From a virus, in the IMG/VR virus record IMGVR_UViG_3300032268_000986, positions 46,259-110,258 of that record: a DNA stretch of 64,000 bases; one strand, 5' to 3'. Made by a program: the position numbers and the translations under genes. The notes below the pieces were generated by a model. That model did not search any database, had not been told where the DNA came from, and saw only the letters and a list, made by a program, of their open reading frames with translations. Positions 55,800 through 64,000 of this stretch are shown piece after piece. Numbering within the stretch: the first letter of the stretch is position 1; each line of letters starts with the position of its first letter.

Positions 55800-57097
55800 G
55801 AGTATAGTTGAATCAATCGATTCGTTATGCCATTGAGTTGATTTTCTAACAGCAGCACCAGCACCAAGGGCATGAAATCCACTCGACGAGCTGTAATCCA
55901 GCCCACTGCACCACTGGCTGCAAACACCAGCATGTAGTACAGAGTCTGATCGCTACGCCAGCCCTGATACATCACAGTGGCAGTCAACAGCACAATCAAC
56001 ACTGATACTATGGCATTGTAGTACTGTTGGAACCAGCTCAGTAATTGTTTTACCACTGACGAGCACACCCAGGCCACAACAGCACATCCGATCAGTAAAC
56101 TTGCAGTTACCAGGCCCACCATGTTCCAGTCAAGATTGGTGGCACGCCACCCATGACTGGCCAAGATATCCAATATCACCAACTCACTGGGCTGTACCGC
56201 TAGGCCCAACAACACAAACGGAATCAGGCTTGAAACCTGGCTGGCATTGTTGGCAGCTTCTGCAGCCGTGAGACGAGACAGACTGTCTGTGAGATGCGGT
56301 TGTTTGCGAAATCTTGATTCCACAGAGTGTGCCAAATTGGATGTGATGATACCGCCCACGTATGGCACAAGCCCACACACAAATCCCACTGCACTGCCGC
56401 GCAGTGCAGATAGCCAGGCAAACGATCTTTGCGTGTGACCATTGATGTCAATGGGCATGCCCATGGGGGATTGCTGGTGCTTGATCAACAGCATGGTGGG
56501 CACTGCATACACTCCCAGTATCACCGGGGTAATTGGTATGCCTCCGGCCAAGTACACATTGCCCAGAGTCAAAAAGTCCTGACCAGTCTGCATGTTGTGT
56601 CCTACTGCGCCTATAATCCAGCCCAGTGCAATCAACCCAAGATTTATCATGGCTCTGTTGCCGGGCCATGCAGTGACAAATGTCAGTGTGACAAACAACA
56701 ACACTGCCATGACTTCGGTTCTAAACAGCATGGGCCAGGCCTGTCCTTGGTGCAAGCAAATCAACATTGCGGAGAGACTCGCTGCCATGCCAATCAAGCT
56801 GGCTCGGGCAGTGTCTTTCAATGCTTGCTGGATAGCATTGTGACCAATAATGATATTGCGTTCACGCAAGGCAGGTGCAGATGTTACTTCACCTAGAGTG
56901 CCAAAGCACAGCGCAGCCACTGATCCTGAAAAGTCTCGAGCCGAAATCATCACAGCGTAAAATGCAATCAACACAGCCGGACTCATCATGTTCAGCATGG
57001 GATACAGTATCAACAACATAAACACCGGACCCAGACCAGGCATGAGCCCTACCAAGATTCCAATGGCTGGTGCCAACAGCAACAACAGCAGTTCCAT
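55796..57097 (-). CDS. TctA-like tripartite tricarboxylate transporter large permease
   Basis: ~12 TM segments; GLMPGLGPV resembles TctA LPG(I/L)GP motif. Confidence 0.55.
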   Translation of the reverse strand: MELLLLLLAPAIGILVGLMPGLGPVFMLLILYPMLNMMSPAVLIAFYAVMISARDFSGSVAALCFGTLGEVTSAPALRERNIIIGHNAIQQALKDTARASLIGMAASLSAMLICLHQGQAWPMLFRTEVMAVLLFVTLTFVTAWPGNRAMINLGLIALGWIIGAVGHNMQTGQDFLTLGNVYLAGGIPITPVILGVYAVPTMLLIKHQQSPMGMPIDINGHTQRSFAWLSALRGSAVGFVCGLVPYVGGIITSNLAHSVESRFRKQPHLTDSLSRLTAAEAANNASQVSSLIPFVLLGLAVQPSELVILDILASHGWRATNLDWNMVGLVTASLLIGCAVVAWVCSSVVKQLLSWFQQYYNAIVSVLIVLLTATVMYQGWRSDQTLYYMLVFAASGAVGWITARRVDFMPLVLVLLLENQLNGITNRLIQLYS

Positions 57098-57951
57098 TAT
57101 TGTGTTACTTCGCTATAACTTTTTAGCAGTTGAAGTTGACCCGCAGGTGTCAACGGAGGCATTGGGTTGAAATTTCGCTGTTGGTACTGAGCATAACTGA
57201 CCAAGTTTTTTTGCACGTCTAAAATATCTTGGCGCAGCCGATTCAGGGTAGCGGCGTCAAAATTCTTGGCCCTGAGATAGGTCACTGCTGCAAAGTCACG
57301 GTATTCAAAGTGCGGAAGAGCATCCTGCACAGCCGGGATGTTCAAGATTGAGTATGTGCTGGAGTTGTACAAACACTGTGCTTGTGATTGACTTTGCCAT
57401 TTGGCCCCAATGCTACTGAACACAAAATCAACCTCGTTGGCAGCAAATGCCAGCTCGATTTCTTTGCTGTTGTTGTATTTGATCACGCGGTGGCGAGTGC
57501 CTAGATGCTGATTCAGTGCCAGGATATAGCGTTCGTCAAATGGCAACACAATGGTGCCAATGGTATAGCTGGCACCTCGACGTTCAAAGTCTTGTCTGGT
57601 AATGTTTTTTGTAGTGCAAGTGAACCTTGGCACCAGGTACACCACGGTCAGTAATTCTGCAGCACTGGGCGGTGGCAAATACGCCGGGTCACGCTCACTT
57701 TCGGCCAAGTCGTTGCCCCATGCCAACAAAAATGGTCGGGTAGCTGAATTAAAAGTGGCCTTGCTCAGTCTAGGATTGTGAGTCACACGAATGTCAAAGG
57801 CCCAGCCGCGTGTGGCAAGTTCGGTAGTGAGCATTCTTGTCAGGGCCTGAGCATTGCCGGTCTGACTGTAAGGGATATGCACCACAATGGGATCAGCCCA
57901 GGCAGCAAAGCTGATCATGGCTGCCAGCACAAAAGAAACGATGGATTTCAT
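57097..57951 (-). CDS. secreted periplasmic substrate-binding protein (TctC/Bug-like candidate)
   Basis: signal peptide MKSIVSFVLAAMISFAAWA; adjacent to TctA-like gene with overlapping stop/start. Confidence 0.4.
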   Translation of the reverse strand: MKSIVSFVLAAMISFAAWADPIVVHIPYSQTGNAQALTRMLTTELATRGWAFDIRVTHNPRLSKATFNSATRPFLLAWGNDLAESERDPAYLPPPSAAELLTVVYLVPRFTCTTKNITRQDFERRGASYTIGTIVLPFDERYILALNQHLGTRHRVIKYNNSKEIELAFAANEVDFVFSSIGAKWQSQSQAQCLYNSSTYSILNIPAVQDALPHFEYRDFAAVTYLRAKNFDAATLNRLRQDILDVQKNLVSYAQYQQRNFNPMPPLTPAGQLQLLKSYSEVTQ

Positions 57952-58188
57952 GTTATTCCTTGAGGTAGTAAATCTAGCTCTGGGAAACCCATCACGGTCG
58001 GCGTTCTGAGTGTATCACATCAGTAAAGGAGTTGCACTACTCCAGGCGTCAATTTGATCCGACGTCAGCACCTGCTGGCGTTGCTGGACTTACTTAGTGT
58101 TTGATTTTACGCTTGACCAAAAAAAATGTCAAGAAAACTGGGCCAAAAAAAACAGGGCTCTGAGCCCTGTTTTTGAACACAGTGTGAA

Positions 58189-58740
58189 TTAGAAACGCAC
58201 ACTGATGCCTAGGCCGTATGACCGTTCTCTAATGGTTTCCATTGAACGTCCAACAGTGGCAGTCAGGGATACTTTGTTAGCAATTGGATATGCGTATTGT
58301 GCAAACACCACTGTTTGCTTGGTTTCTTTGGCTGCTGTGGTAAGAGCTCGAGTGTTGATCCCGGTCAGTGCGTAACCTGGACCAATCGCTGTTCCGGCAT
58401 TGATGCCCACTTTACCGTAATTGTATGGGTTGCCGGCCCCATTTCGAGTGTTGTCGTATCCAATGCCCACATAAGGAGTGATGGTTACACCGTTGGTTGA
58501 AAGATTTTTTCCAACTGTGCCTTCGAGACCATTGAGCAGACCGCCGTTGTCGTAACGAGCGGTACGTGACTGAACTCCGTATTGAACCCCGTCAATTTCT
58601 TTGCCAAATCTAACAAACTGTGCTGTGCTATTGGCCCCAGTTTTGAGATCAGTCACACGTTCAACAGTGACCGAAGCAAAGTCTGCGGCAAACACGCTGG
58701 TGGACAATGCCAACATCAGCATTACAAAAATTTTCTTCAT
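58189..58740 (-). CDS. outer-membrane beta-barrel protein (OmpW/OmpA-like)
   Basis: signal peptide MKKIFVMLMLALSTSVFA; alternating amphipathic beta-strands; C-terminal Phe (..GISVRF). Confidence 0.65.
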   Translation of the reverse strand: MKKIFVMLMLALSTSVFAADFASVTVERVTDLKTGANSTAQFVRFGKEIDGVQYGVQSRTARYDNGGLLNGLEGTVGKNLSTNGVTITPYVGIGYDNTRNGAGNPYNYGKVGINAGTAIGPGYALTGINTRALTTAAKETKQTVVFAQYAYPIANKVSLTATVGRSMETIRERSYGLGISVRF

Positions 58741-58780
58741 TGTTTTTCCTTATAAAAGTAAGGGCTTTTGACCCTGAGCA

Positions 58781-58810
58781 ATTATATATGCAACTGCATG
58801 TTGCAGTCAA
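58781..58810 (-). promoter_or_regulatory. candidate promoter TTGACT-N18-TATAAT upstream of OMP gene
   Basis: rc TTGACTgcaacatgcagttgcataTATAAT. Confidence 0.4.
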
Positions 58811-58850
58811 GAAGAAAGGTCAGATTAACTGACCTTTCTGGTGGTTTCTG
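58811..58850. terminator. hairpin terminator candidate
   Basis: 10-bp stem gaaaggtcag/ctgacctttc, loop attaa, T-rich flanks. Confidence 0.4.
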
Positions 58851-59637
58851 TTACGAGGTATTTCCTACCCTAAGCAGTGTTTAGGCTGCTAATGCGAACT
58901 GTGAGTCGTTTGCGTTTACTTTTTTGCTTGATTAACGGTCATCGCCTACCGTGCTGTCCACTCTGTTACTTGTTGCCCTGTCGAAACTATGCAGGCCCAT
59001 CATAAAGAAACTTCTTCAAATCTAGATGCCAAAAGCACAATACGCAAACCGGCATCTGTTTGAATTACTACTCCATTACCCATGGTATAGACAATATCAT
59101 AGTCTTTGCCAATTGTTAGTTCCTTATGCACAGCTTTAACATCAGGTAATGATTTAAGTATCATAAACTTCCTTATGGTGGACCTGGGGGGATTCGCACC
59201 CCCGTCCAGAACACTGTTCTCATCACTTCATACAGCAATAACTTTTAGATCTGCACCACGGTCCATTTGGTTGTAAATGGTTTGCCTTCGGCCTTGTGTT
59301 TCAGTATCTTCGCAAACTCTTTTTCACGGAGTTTGGCAATGGTTTCTGTATCGTGGTCGAAGCAAGCCTTGTACAAACGAGAAACCAATTTCTTTTGTTT
59401 CATAGCTTACCCCTCCTTGACAATTATTTATGCAAATTATACAGCATTGTCTGTTGGTTTGTCAACCGCCAATTTGGTCACAATGTCATACACTTGAGAG
59501 TACACGTTGGTGATTTTGTCCAGTTGTTCGTCACTGACTTGTGTTTCAAAATACACTAGATCTCGTGCTAGATTTTCTTGTAGCTGTTTGAGTTGATTTT
59601 GGTCATGCATGGCAGTATCCTGTTGGGATACTGTTAT

Positions 59638-60228
59638 TTAGTAACTGACCGATTGCCGGTCTGCCAGAGAAAATTCACCGTTTCTCACAAACGCAGTCAA
59701 GATCTGTTTGGTGCCAGCAGTGACCACTTCGCCTTGATGCACCAAGGGATTGGCAACGTCATAATAATACACCAGAGCACTGCCACGCTTGGGCTGAATT
59801 CTTAAATTCAGCTTGGGAAAATAAGTGCAACCACCCTCAAAATCATCATTGAGGTACATGATCATGCTGGCAATTCTTTGAGTCTGGAACCCACCAGTCA
59901 AGTCACTGTGGCAATTGAAGTAGTCGCCACTGCTGTACTTTATCATGGGCAGTGGTTCAACATGACTCAGGGGCACCTTGAAAAAATTGGCCACTCGTTG
60001 AGCAACGGAATCAAAGTATTCATCACGGCCATATTCAATCCGGTGAGTCATGCACTGCCTGACAGGTCTAAGTTCCAACTCACCTGACCCAAGGCGAACC
60101 CGCCCGGGTACCAGGTCAAGCTCTTTGCTCAGGATCAGTTCAAGCTCGGTTGGACTCAACCAGTTATCATACTGTGCAATCCATGGCTGCTGACTGTACA
60201 CCTTGGACGCCAACACATCAGGTGTCAT
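59638..60228 (-). CDS. prolyl 4-hydroxylase-like 2OG-Fe(II) oxygenase
   Basis: FNCHSDLTGG...ASMIMYLNDDFEGGCTYFP matches P4Hc HxD...YLN..GGxT.FP pattern; ORF open to 60318. Confidence 0.65.
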   Translation of the reverse strand: MTPDVLASKVYSQQPWIAQYDNWLSPTELELILSKELDLVPGRVRLGSGELELRPVRQCMTHRIEYGRDEYFDSVAQRVANFFKVPLSHVEPLPMIKYSSGDYFNCHSDLTGGFQTQRIASMIMYLNDDFEGGCTYFPKLNLRIQPKRGSALVYYYDVANPLVHQGEVVTAGTKQILTAFVRNGEFSLADRQSVSY

Positions 60229-60781
60229 CACTGTCAACCACCAACCAACCCAGCTGAAACAGATCCTGACGTACCTCGTCAGTGACCAGGCCCTCGCCCA
60301 CATAGGCCTGGCATTCAAGATAATATTCTTTTTGGTCTTCGGTCAACTCAGCAAATTCTTGATCACTCAGCGGGCCTCCGCGTATGCCCGAACAGTACCA
60401 TTCAATGTAGTCGCCCTTTTCCAGCATGTCAGCAACAATGCCTCCGGCATAGCGCCAGCTGCAACTCCAGGTCTGACTCTTTAACAGGGGCATGACCTCG
60501 TTGCGTTGAAAATCATTGTTGCACATGGCAGCATAGAGATTTTGAGCATACACATGACTGCTACGTGTCTTGGCCAAGATCCAGTCAGTGGTTCTCAAGT
60601 CCCACTCAAGGTTGTTTTTCTGCCACTCGGGATCTTGTTCCTGGGCCAGTCGGTCAAAGTCCATATCTTCAATCATTTTGATATAGTCCTGGTTGAGTTC
60701 TTGGTTGGTTTCGTCGCACCTTTCAACATACTTATCTCGTTGAAAGGTGTTACGCTCGGGGCTTCTTGAAAGTTTCAACAT
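60218..60781 (-). CDS. hypothetical protein (187 aa)
   Basis: ORF. Confidence 0.5.
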   Translation of the reverse strand: MLKLSRSPERNTFQRDKYVERCDETNQELNQDYIKMIEDMDFDRLAQEQDPEWQKNNLEWDLRTTDWILAKTRSSHVYAQNLYAAMCNNDFQRNEVMPLLKSQTWSCSWRYAGGIVADMLEKGDYIEWYCSGIRGGPLSDQEFAELTEDQKEYYLECQAYVGEGLVTDEVRQDLFQLGWLVVDSDDT

Positions 60782-61085
60782 CTTCCACAGCTTTCTTTAG
60801 AGTTTCTGCATAGTTGATGGCCTGTTGCTGAGTCATGATCATGCTGGCTTCGTATTCAACATAGCCACGAGTCAGCAAGATCCACATGGTCTGCCAGCGA
60901 TTCATACTCCACCATTTGCTTTTTTGTTGGGTGTATGTGGTCACAGTGATGTTGTGATCCTCGGCTTCGATCCAGACATTATGATCGTGATTGCTATCCC
61001 CACACTCGCATACCACTTGATAGGCCATGGCGTCGCCCCAGTCGTTGCGTTTTAGTATGCCCTGTGCTGGCAGTTCCGGAGTCAT
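60750..61085 (-). CDS. hypothetical protein (111 aa)
   Basis: ORF. Confidence 0.45.
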   Translation of the reverse strand: MTPELPAQGILKRNDWGDAMAYQVVCECGDSNHDHNVWIEAEDHNITVTTYTQQKSKWWSMNRWQTMWILLTRGYVEYEASMIMTQQQAINYAETLKKAVEDVETFKKPRA

Positions 61086-61318
61086 TGCAGTCGATCCCCA
61101 CGGCCTGCACTGCGCATCAAGGCCTCTACCACAGCTTCGTCACCACGAGCAATCAGCTGGTCGATGTCCACAGGACTACTCTGAGCCTCAAGTTCTTCAG
61201 GAGTCAGGTTGGCAAACATGTCAGTGATCTCTTTCATGAGATCATCAAGCTCTTGTTGTGTGCCTTCAAAGTCGTCAAATGCCCCCGGGGCAAATTCAAT
61301 GCGCAGTGGCTTGGTCAT
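61082..61318 (-). CDS. hypothetical acidic protein (78 aa)
   Basis: ORF. Confidence 0.45.
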   Translation of the reverse strand: MTKPLRIEFAPGAFDDFEGTQQELDDLMKEITDMFANLTPEELEAQSSPVDIDQLIARGDEAVVEALMRSAGRGDRLQ

Positions 61319-62220
61319 TGTGATTCCTTGGTTGATACGAGTGGAGAAATGTGAGACATAATTCTATTGAAAATTGGATCCAGATTTTCTTGTTCAACGA
61401 CTGTACTTGATTTTATACAAACACAATTAAACTTGTCAATGTTATCTAGTTTTAGAAATTCTTCAATGGTGTAGTAGTCAGGATGCCCTTGCCACCAGCA
61501 GCTGGTGGTGTCATCATAAAGGCTTAACCGATGTTGAAATTGAAATCCAGCGTTGGGATTTTTTTGTAAACCTAGGTTGCCCAGCAGTTCATATTCGCTG
61601 AACCAAAATGGGGGAGAATTGTCGGGATTGACATCAGCAGAAAACACCTGTTCCATGGCCAGTAACCAGTTACATCCGTATGTTTGTTCCATGTGGGTTT
61701 TCAGCGCCACCCAGTCTTTCTTTAGCACAGGCATAAACTCTGTGACAAAACAATGACTGGTTTGCCGTTCCTGGCCTGTGAACTTTTTTACGTATTGATA
61801 ATACCCTTGACTCTGAGTGGTGTTTTCTATCACGTAATATCTTGGGGTTGACCCATCAAAATACTGATAAGGTATTAACGAAAATGTATCGCAATCTTGA
61901 ATCAACACACGATCGCTGTTGACTTGATCCAGTGCTAGTAATTTAAAAAATTGCTGAGCTATCCATCCTGAGAATTGATAATAGTCAAACTCTGGAAGCA
62001 ACTGTTGTCTCATCAGCTGCTGGTCAAAAATAACAGTCATGTTTGAAGTATCAATGCCATGATCTCGATAAATCTGTAATACATCAACGGGTTCGCGATC
62101 ATGGCCCAGGCCAAAACAAACGTATGTGTGATCAGGTTGAGGGTCAAGAAAGTGATCAAACTTCAGGGTAAGTATTGAATCTGCAATTCTTGAACTTGCA
62201 ACAAAAAATAATCTTATCAT
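61315..62220 (-). CDS. hypothetical protein (possible nucleotide-sugar transferase, IQDCDTF DxD-like)
   Basis: 301-aa ORF. Confidence 0.45.
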   Translation of the reverse strand: MIRLFFVASSRIADSILTLKFDHFLDPQPDHTYVCFGLGHDREPVDVLQIYRDHGIDTSNMTVIFDQQLMRQQLLPEFDYYQFSGWIAQQFFKLLALDQVNSDRVLIQDCDTFSLIPYQYFDGSTPRYYVIENTTQSQGYYQYVKKFTGQERQTSHCFVTEFMPVLKKDWVALKTHMEQTYGCNWLLAMEQVFSADVNPDNSPPFWFSEYELLGNLGLQKNPNAGFQFQHRLSLYDDTTSCWWQGHPDYYTIEEFLKLDNIDKFNCVCIKSSTVVEQENLDPIFNRIMSHISPLVSTKESQ

Positions 62221-62242
62221 TTTGTATTTTTATGACATTGTG

Positions 62243-62818
62243 TCATGATCCTTGTGCGTCTGATCCATTATACAATGAAAAGGGATTTGTTGTCAACAGT
62301 TCTTGATTGATTTTGATGTTGTGCTGTATTCTTTCCAGCTGTTGAGTATTTAATTTTTTGTTGTGTATTTCTTGATACAGCTGATGTACAAATTCCACAG
62401 ACCATAAATCACTGTAGTTTATGGTGCGATCAAATCTGCAACGCTGATATTCAGTTTGTAAATTTTTTGTCAGCCAGTATCTACCGTAAATGGTTCGCCA
62501 AGTCAGCTCGTCATGGTCCGGACGTTTGTTGAAATTGAGCCAGGCCACGTCCCAAGATTCTTGATCAGTATTGACCCATATGCACCAGGAATACCACTGG
62601 CGCAGGCTGGCCGGGGAAACAGGTATTTTTTTATACTGAGATGGGCCAAAACCATGAATTTTGTCACAGTGGCGGTGATGCGCCGACGGGTTAAATTCGT
62701 CATCAATTGAGTGTAGATGCCAGGTGGTTTCGAGTACATCGCCATAGAGTACGCTGCTTAGAAAATCGCCTCGAGCACCGGGCGCAAACACAAACAAGGG
62801 CACACGATTATTTTTCAT
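62243..62818 (-). CDS. hypothetical protein (191 aa)
   Basis: ORF. Confidence 0.5.
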   Translation of the reverse strand: MKNNRVPLFVFAPGARGDFLSSVLYGDVLETTWHLHSIDDEFNPSAHHRHCDKIHGFGPSQYKKIPVSPASLRQWYSWCIWVNTDQESWDVAWLNFNKRPDHDELTWRTIYGRYWLTKNLQTEYQRCRFDRTINYSDLWSVEFVHQLYQEIHNKKLNTQQLERIQHNIKINQELLTTNPFSLYNGSDAQGS

Positions 62819-62826
62819 GACATAAC

Positions 62827-62901
62827 TGGCCCGGCGTGAGGGAATCGAACCCCCATAATGACTTTAGAAGAATCATGTCCTATCCATTGAACGAACGCCA
62901 G
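62827..62901 (-). tRNA. tRNA-Arg(TCT)
   Basis: loop CTTCTAA; T-arm GGGGGTTCGATTCCCTC. Confidence 0.65.
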
Positions 62902-62905
62902 ATTC

Positions 62906-62980
62906 TGGTGGGCCCACTAGGAATTGAACCTAGACTCAATCGATTATGAGTCGACTGCTTTACCATTAAGCTATAAGCCC
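62906..62980 (-). tRNA. tRNA-Met or tRNA-Ile2 (CAT), second copy
   Basis: loop CTCATAA in GTCGA/TCGAT stem; acceptor GGGCTTA. Confidence 0.65.
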
Positions 62981-63003
62981 AAGTGTGTATTATACTGGAA
63001 AAA

Positions 63004-63384
63004 TTATTTAGTGTCAACAGTGCCGTCGGCCAAGTGGTCCTGCTTGATTTCTCGCACGGGATGGCCCAGGATAGTGGCAATGGAGTTCTTGTAGGCTATA
63101 CGCCGATTGTTGAAATCTCTAATGGCAATGGCTCTGCGGCCAATTTCTTGCAGGCTCAGCATTTGCTCAACGCCAGATTTCAGTTGCCATTCTAGATCCC
63201 AGATGGCATGGTGGATATCGGTCATGGCCTGGATGTCGGCATCCAGCTCGGGACTGTGTGGTAATTGTTGATATTTGTCCTCGTACCAGTCCAATTCAAT
63301 TTGATTGGCTCCATTGGTACGGGCATGTTTGACTCGTGCAATGCACAAGCGATCGATCAATTCAAGTACAGGTAAAAATTCCAT
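63004..63384 (-). CDS. hypothetical protein (126 aa)
   Basis: ORF. Confidence 0.45.
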   Translation of the reverse strand: MEFLPVLELIDRLCIARVKHARTNGANQIELDWYEDKYQQLPHSPELDADIQAMTDIHHAIWDLEWQLKSGVEQMLSLQEIGRRAIAIRDFNNRRIAYKNSIATILGHPVREIKQDHLADGTVDTK

Positions 63385-63426
63385 TGGTAACTCTTTCTTT
63401 TGTGAACTGGGTACTTATTGCCCAGA

Positions 63427-63705
63427 TCATTCCCACTGATTTTTTTCATAATCCCAGTGTCGAGTATCGTAGATCATAAAGGACAAACTATACCCCAACA
63501 CGGCCAGTGCCACTGTGAGTCCGGCGTGACTTTGTTGCCGAGTAAGACTGAATTCAAATCCAATCAGTTGGTTGGTTTGCAGTAGTTCTGCTTCCCAGGC
63601 CTTGTGGCGGGCAATTGGTCCTGAACGATTCCACAAGTTCTCAAAGGGCCTACCCCAAGGATTGCTCAATCCAAAACTAATATGAATCATGCCAGTTCTG
63701 GTCAA
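63427..63705 (-). CDS. hypothetical protein (92 aa)
   Basis: ORF. Confidence 0.4.
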   Translation of the reverse strand: MTRTGMIHISFGLSNPWGRPFENLWNRSGPIARHKAWEAELLQTNQLIGFEFSLTRQQSHAGLTVALAVLGYSLSFMIYDTRHWDYEKNQWE

Positions 63706-63875
63706 TAGACTTCTTTTATGATGTCAAATTGATCAGCGGGCCACTGGGCCTTGAATTCGTCAGACTTGACATATTCATTGTAGGCCTTGGCATCAAAAAA
63801 CATCTTGTGGAACACAGTTTTAAACTGTCCCTTGGGGTTGATTGTCAGGTAAATTGATTTTGCTTTTCCGGCCAT
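63702..63875 (-). CDS. small hypothetical protein (57 aa)
   Basis: not in ORF track; AAAGGAAC SD before ATG 63875; stop overlaps start of 63427-63705. Confidence 0.4.
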   Translation of the reverse strand: MAGKAKSIYLTINPKGQFKTVFHKMFFDAKAYNEYVKSDEFKAQWPADQFDIIKEVY

Positions 63876-63890
63876 GATGGTTCCTTTGTG

Positions 63891-64000
63891 TTAATCTTTG
63901 ATTTCAAAATTGTCTAGCAGTTGAGCACCAATTCCCGTGCGGCCTTGATGTTCCATCAAGCCAGCGGTAAGGGCACAGTGCCGAACAATCAACTCGGCGA
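63891..64000 (-). CDS. partial CDS (C-terminal 35 aa; N-terminus beyond window)
   Basis: open frame to window edge ending ...LLDNFEIKD*. Confidence 0.3.
   Translation of the reverse strand, partial: AELIVRHCALTAGLMEHQGRTGIGAQLLDNFEIKD

Noticed and set aside
55796-58740. Interpreting 54.7-58.8 kb as proof the window is bacterial chromosome rather than phage
   Set aside because: Gene density, strand continuity, flanking tRNAs (62827-62980) and more short phage-like genes downstream argue for the same mobile genome; kept as alternative in a finding instead.

Overview
This window reads as part of a large, gene-dense dsDNA bacteriophage genome (jumbo or T4-like style) infecting a Gram-negative host. 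The evidence is Shine-Dalgarno-led genes, near-consensus host sigma70 promoters, many tRNAs, and typical phage auxiliary genes (ThyX, CobS/CobT-like, HD hydrolase, peroxiredoxin, 2OG-Fe oxygenases). No virion structural or replication core genes are visible, so the phage call is inference. It divides into four blocks. (1) 0-28.8 kb is a biosynthetic/modification island. It holds five tandem paralogous radical-SAM/SPASM enzymes alternating with four or five glycosyltransferase-like proteins of a 'TEK-motif' family, five or six SGNH-like hydrolases, a carbamoyltransferase, an amidinotransferase-like enzyme and an amino-sugar module (epimerase, DegT aminotransferase, LmbE deacetylase). All of these surround a 1456-aa protein made of about 14 tandem 64-aa repeats, four of which are near-identical 192-bp DNA repeats. 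This is the best candidate for an undescribed system. (2) 28.8-44.5 kb holds minus-strand short operons of small early-type genes. They are driven by a repeated, almost perfect TTGACC-N17-TATAAT promoter with extended -10 and a conserved AAAGGAG leader. Products include ThyX, SPFH lipoprotein, CobT/CobS-like, HD (p)ppGpp-hydrolase-like, a kinase/phosphoesterase/phosphatase trio, an RNA polymerase omega (RpoZ) homolog, AhpD-like, peroxiredoxin and PsiE-like proteins. (3) 44.7-54.1 kb is a minus-strand array of at least 32 tRNAs. It includes an initiator-like tRNA, a class-I tRNA with anticodon UAG, a small basic protein gene and a 750-bp structured ORF-free region. (4) 54.5-64 kb holds minus-strand genes: a PP-loop ATPase, TctA/TctC-like transporter, beta-barrel OMP, P4H-like oxygenase, hypotheticals, and two more tRNAs. 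Coordinates of tRNAs and motifs were worked out by hand and may be off by 1-2 nt.
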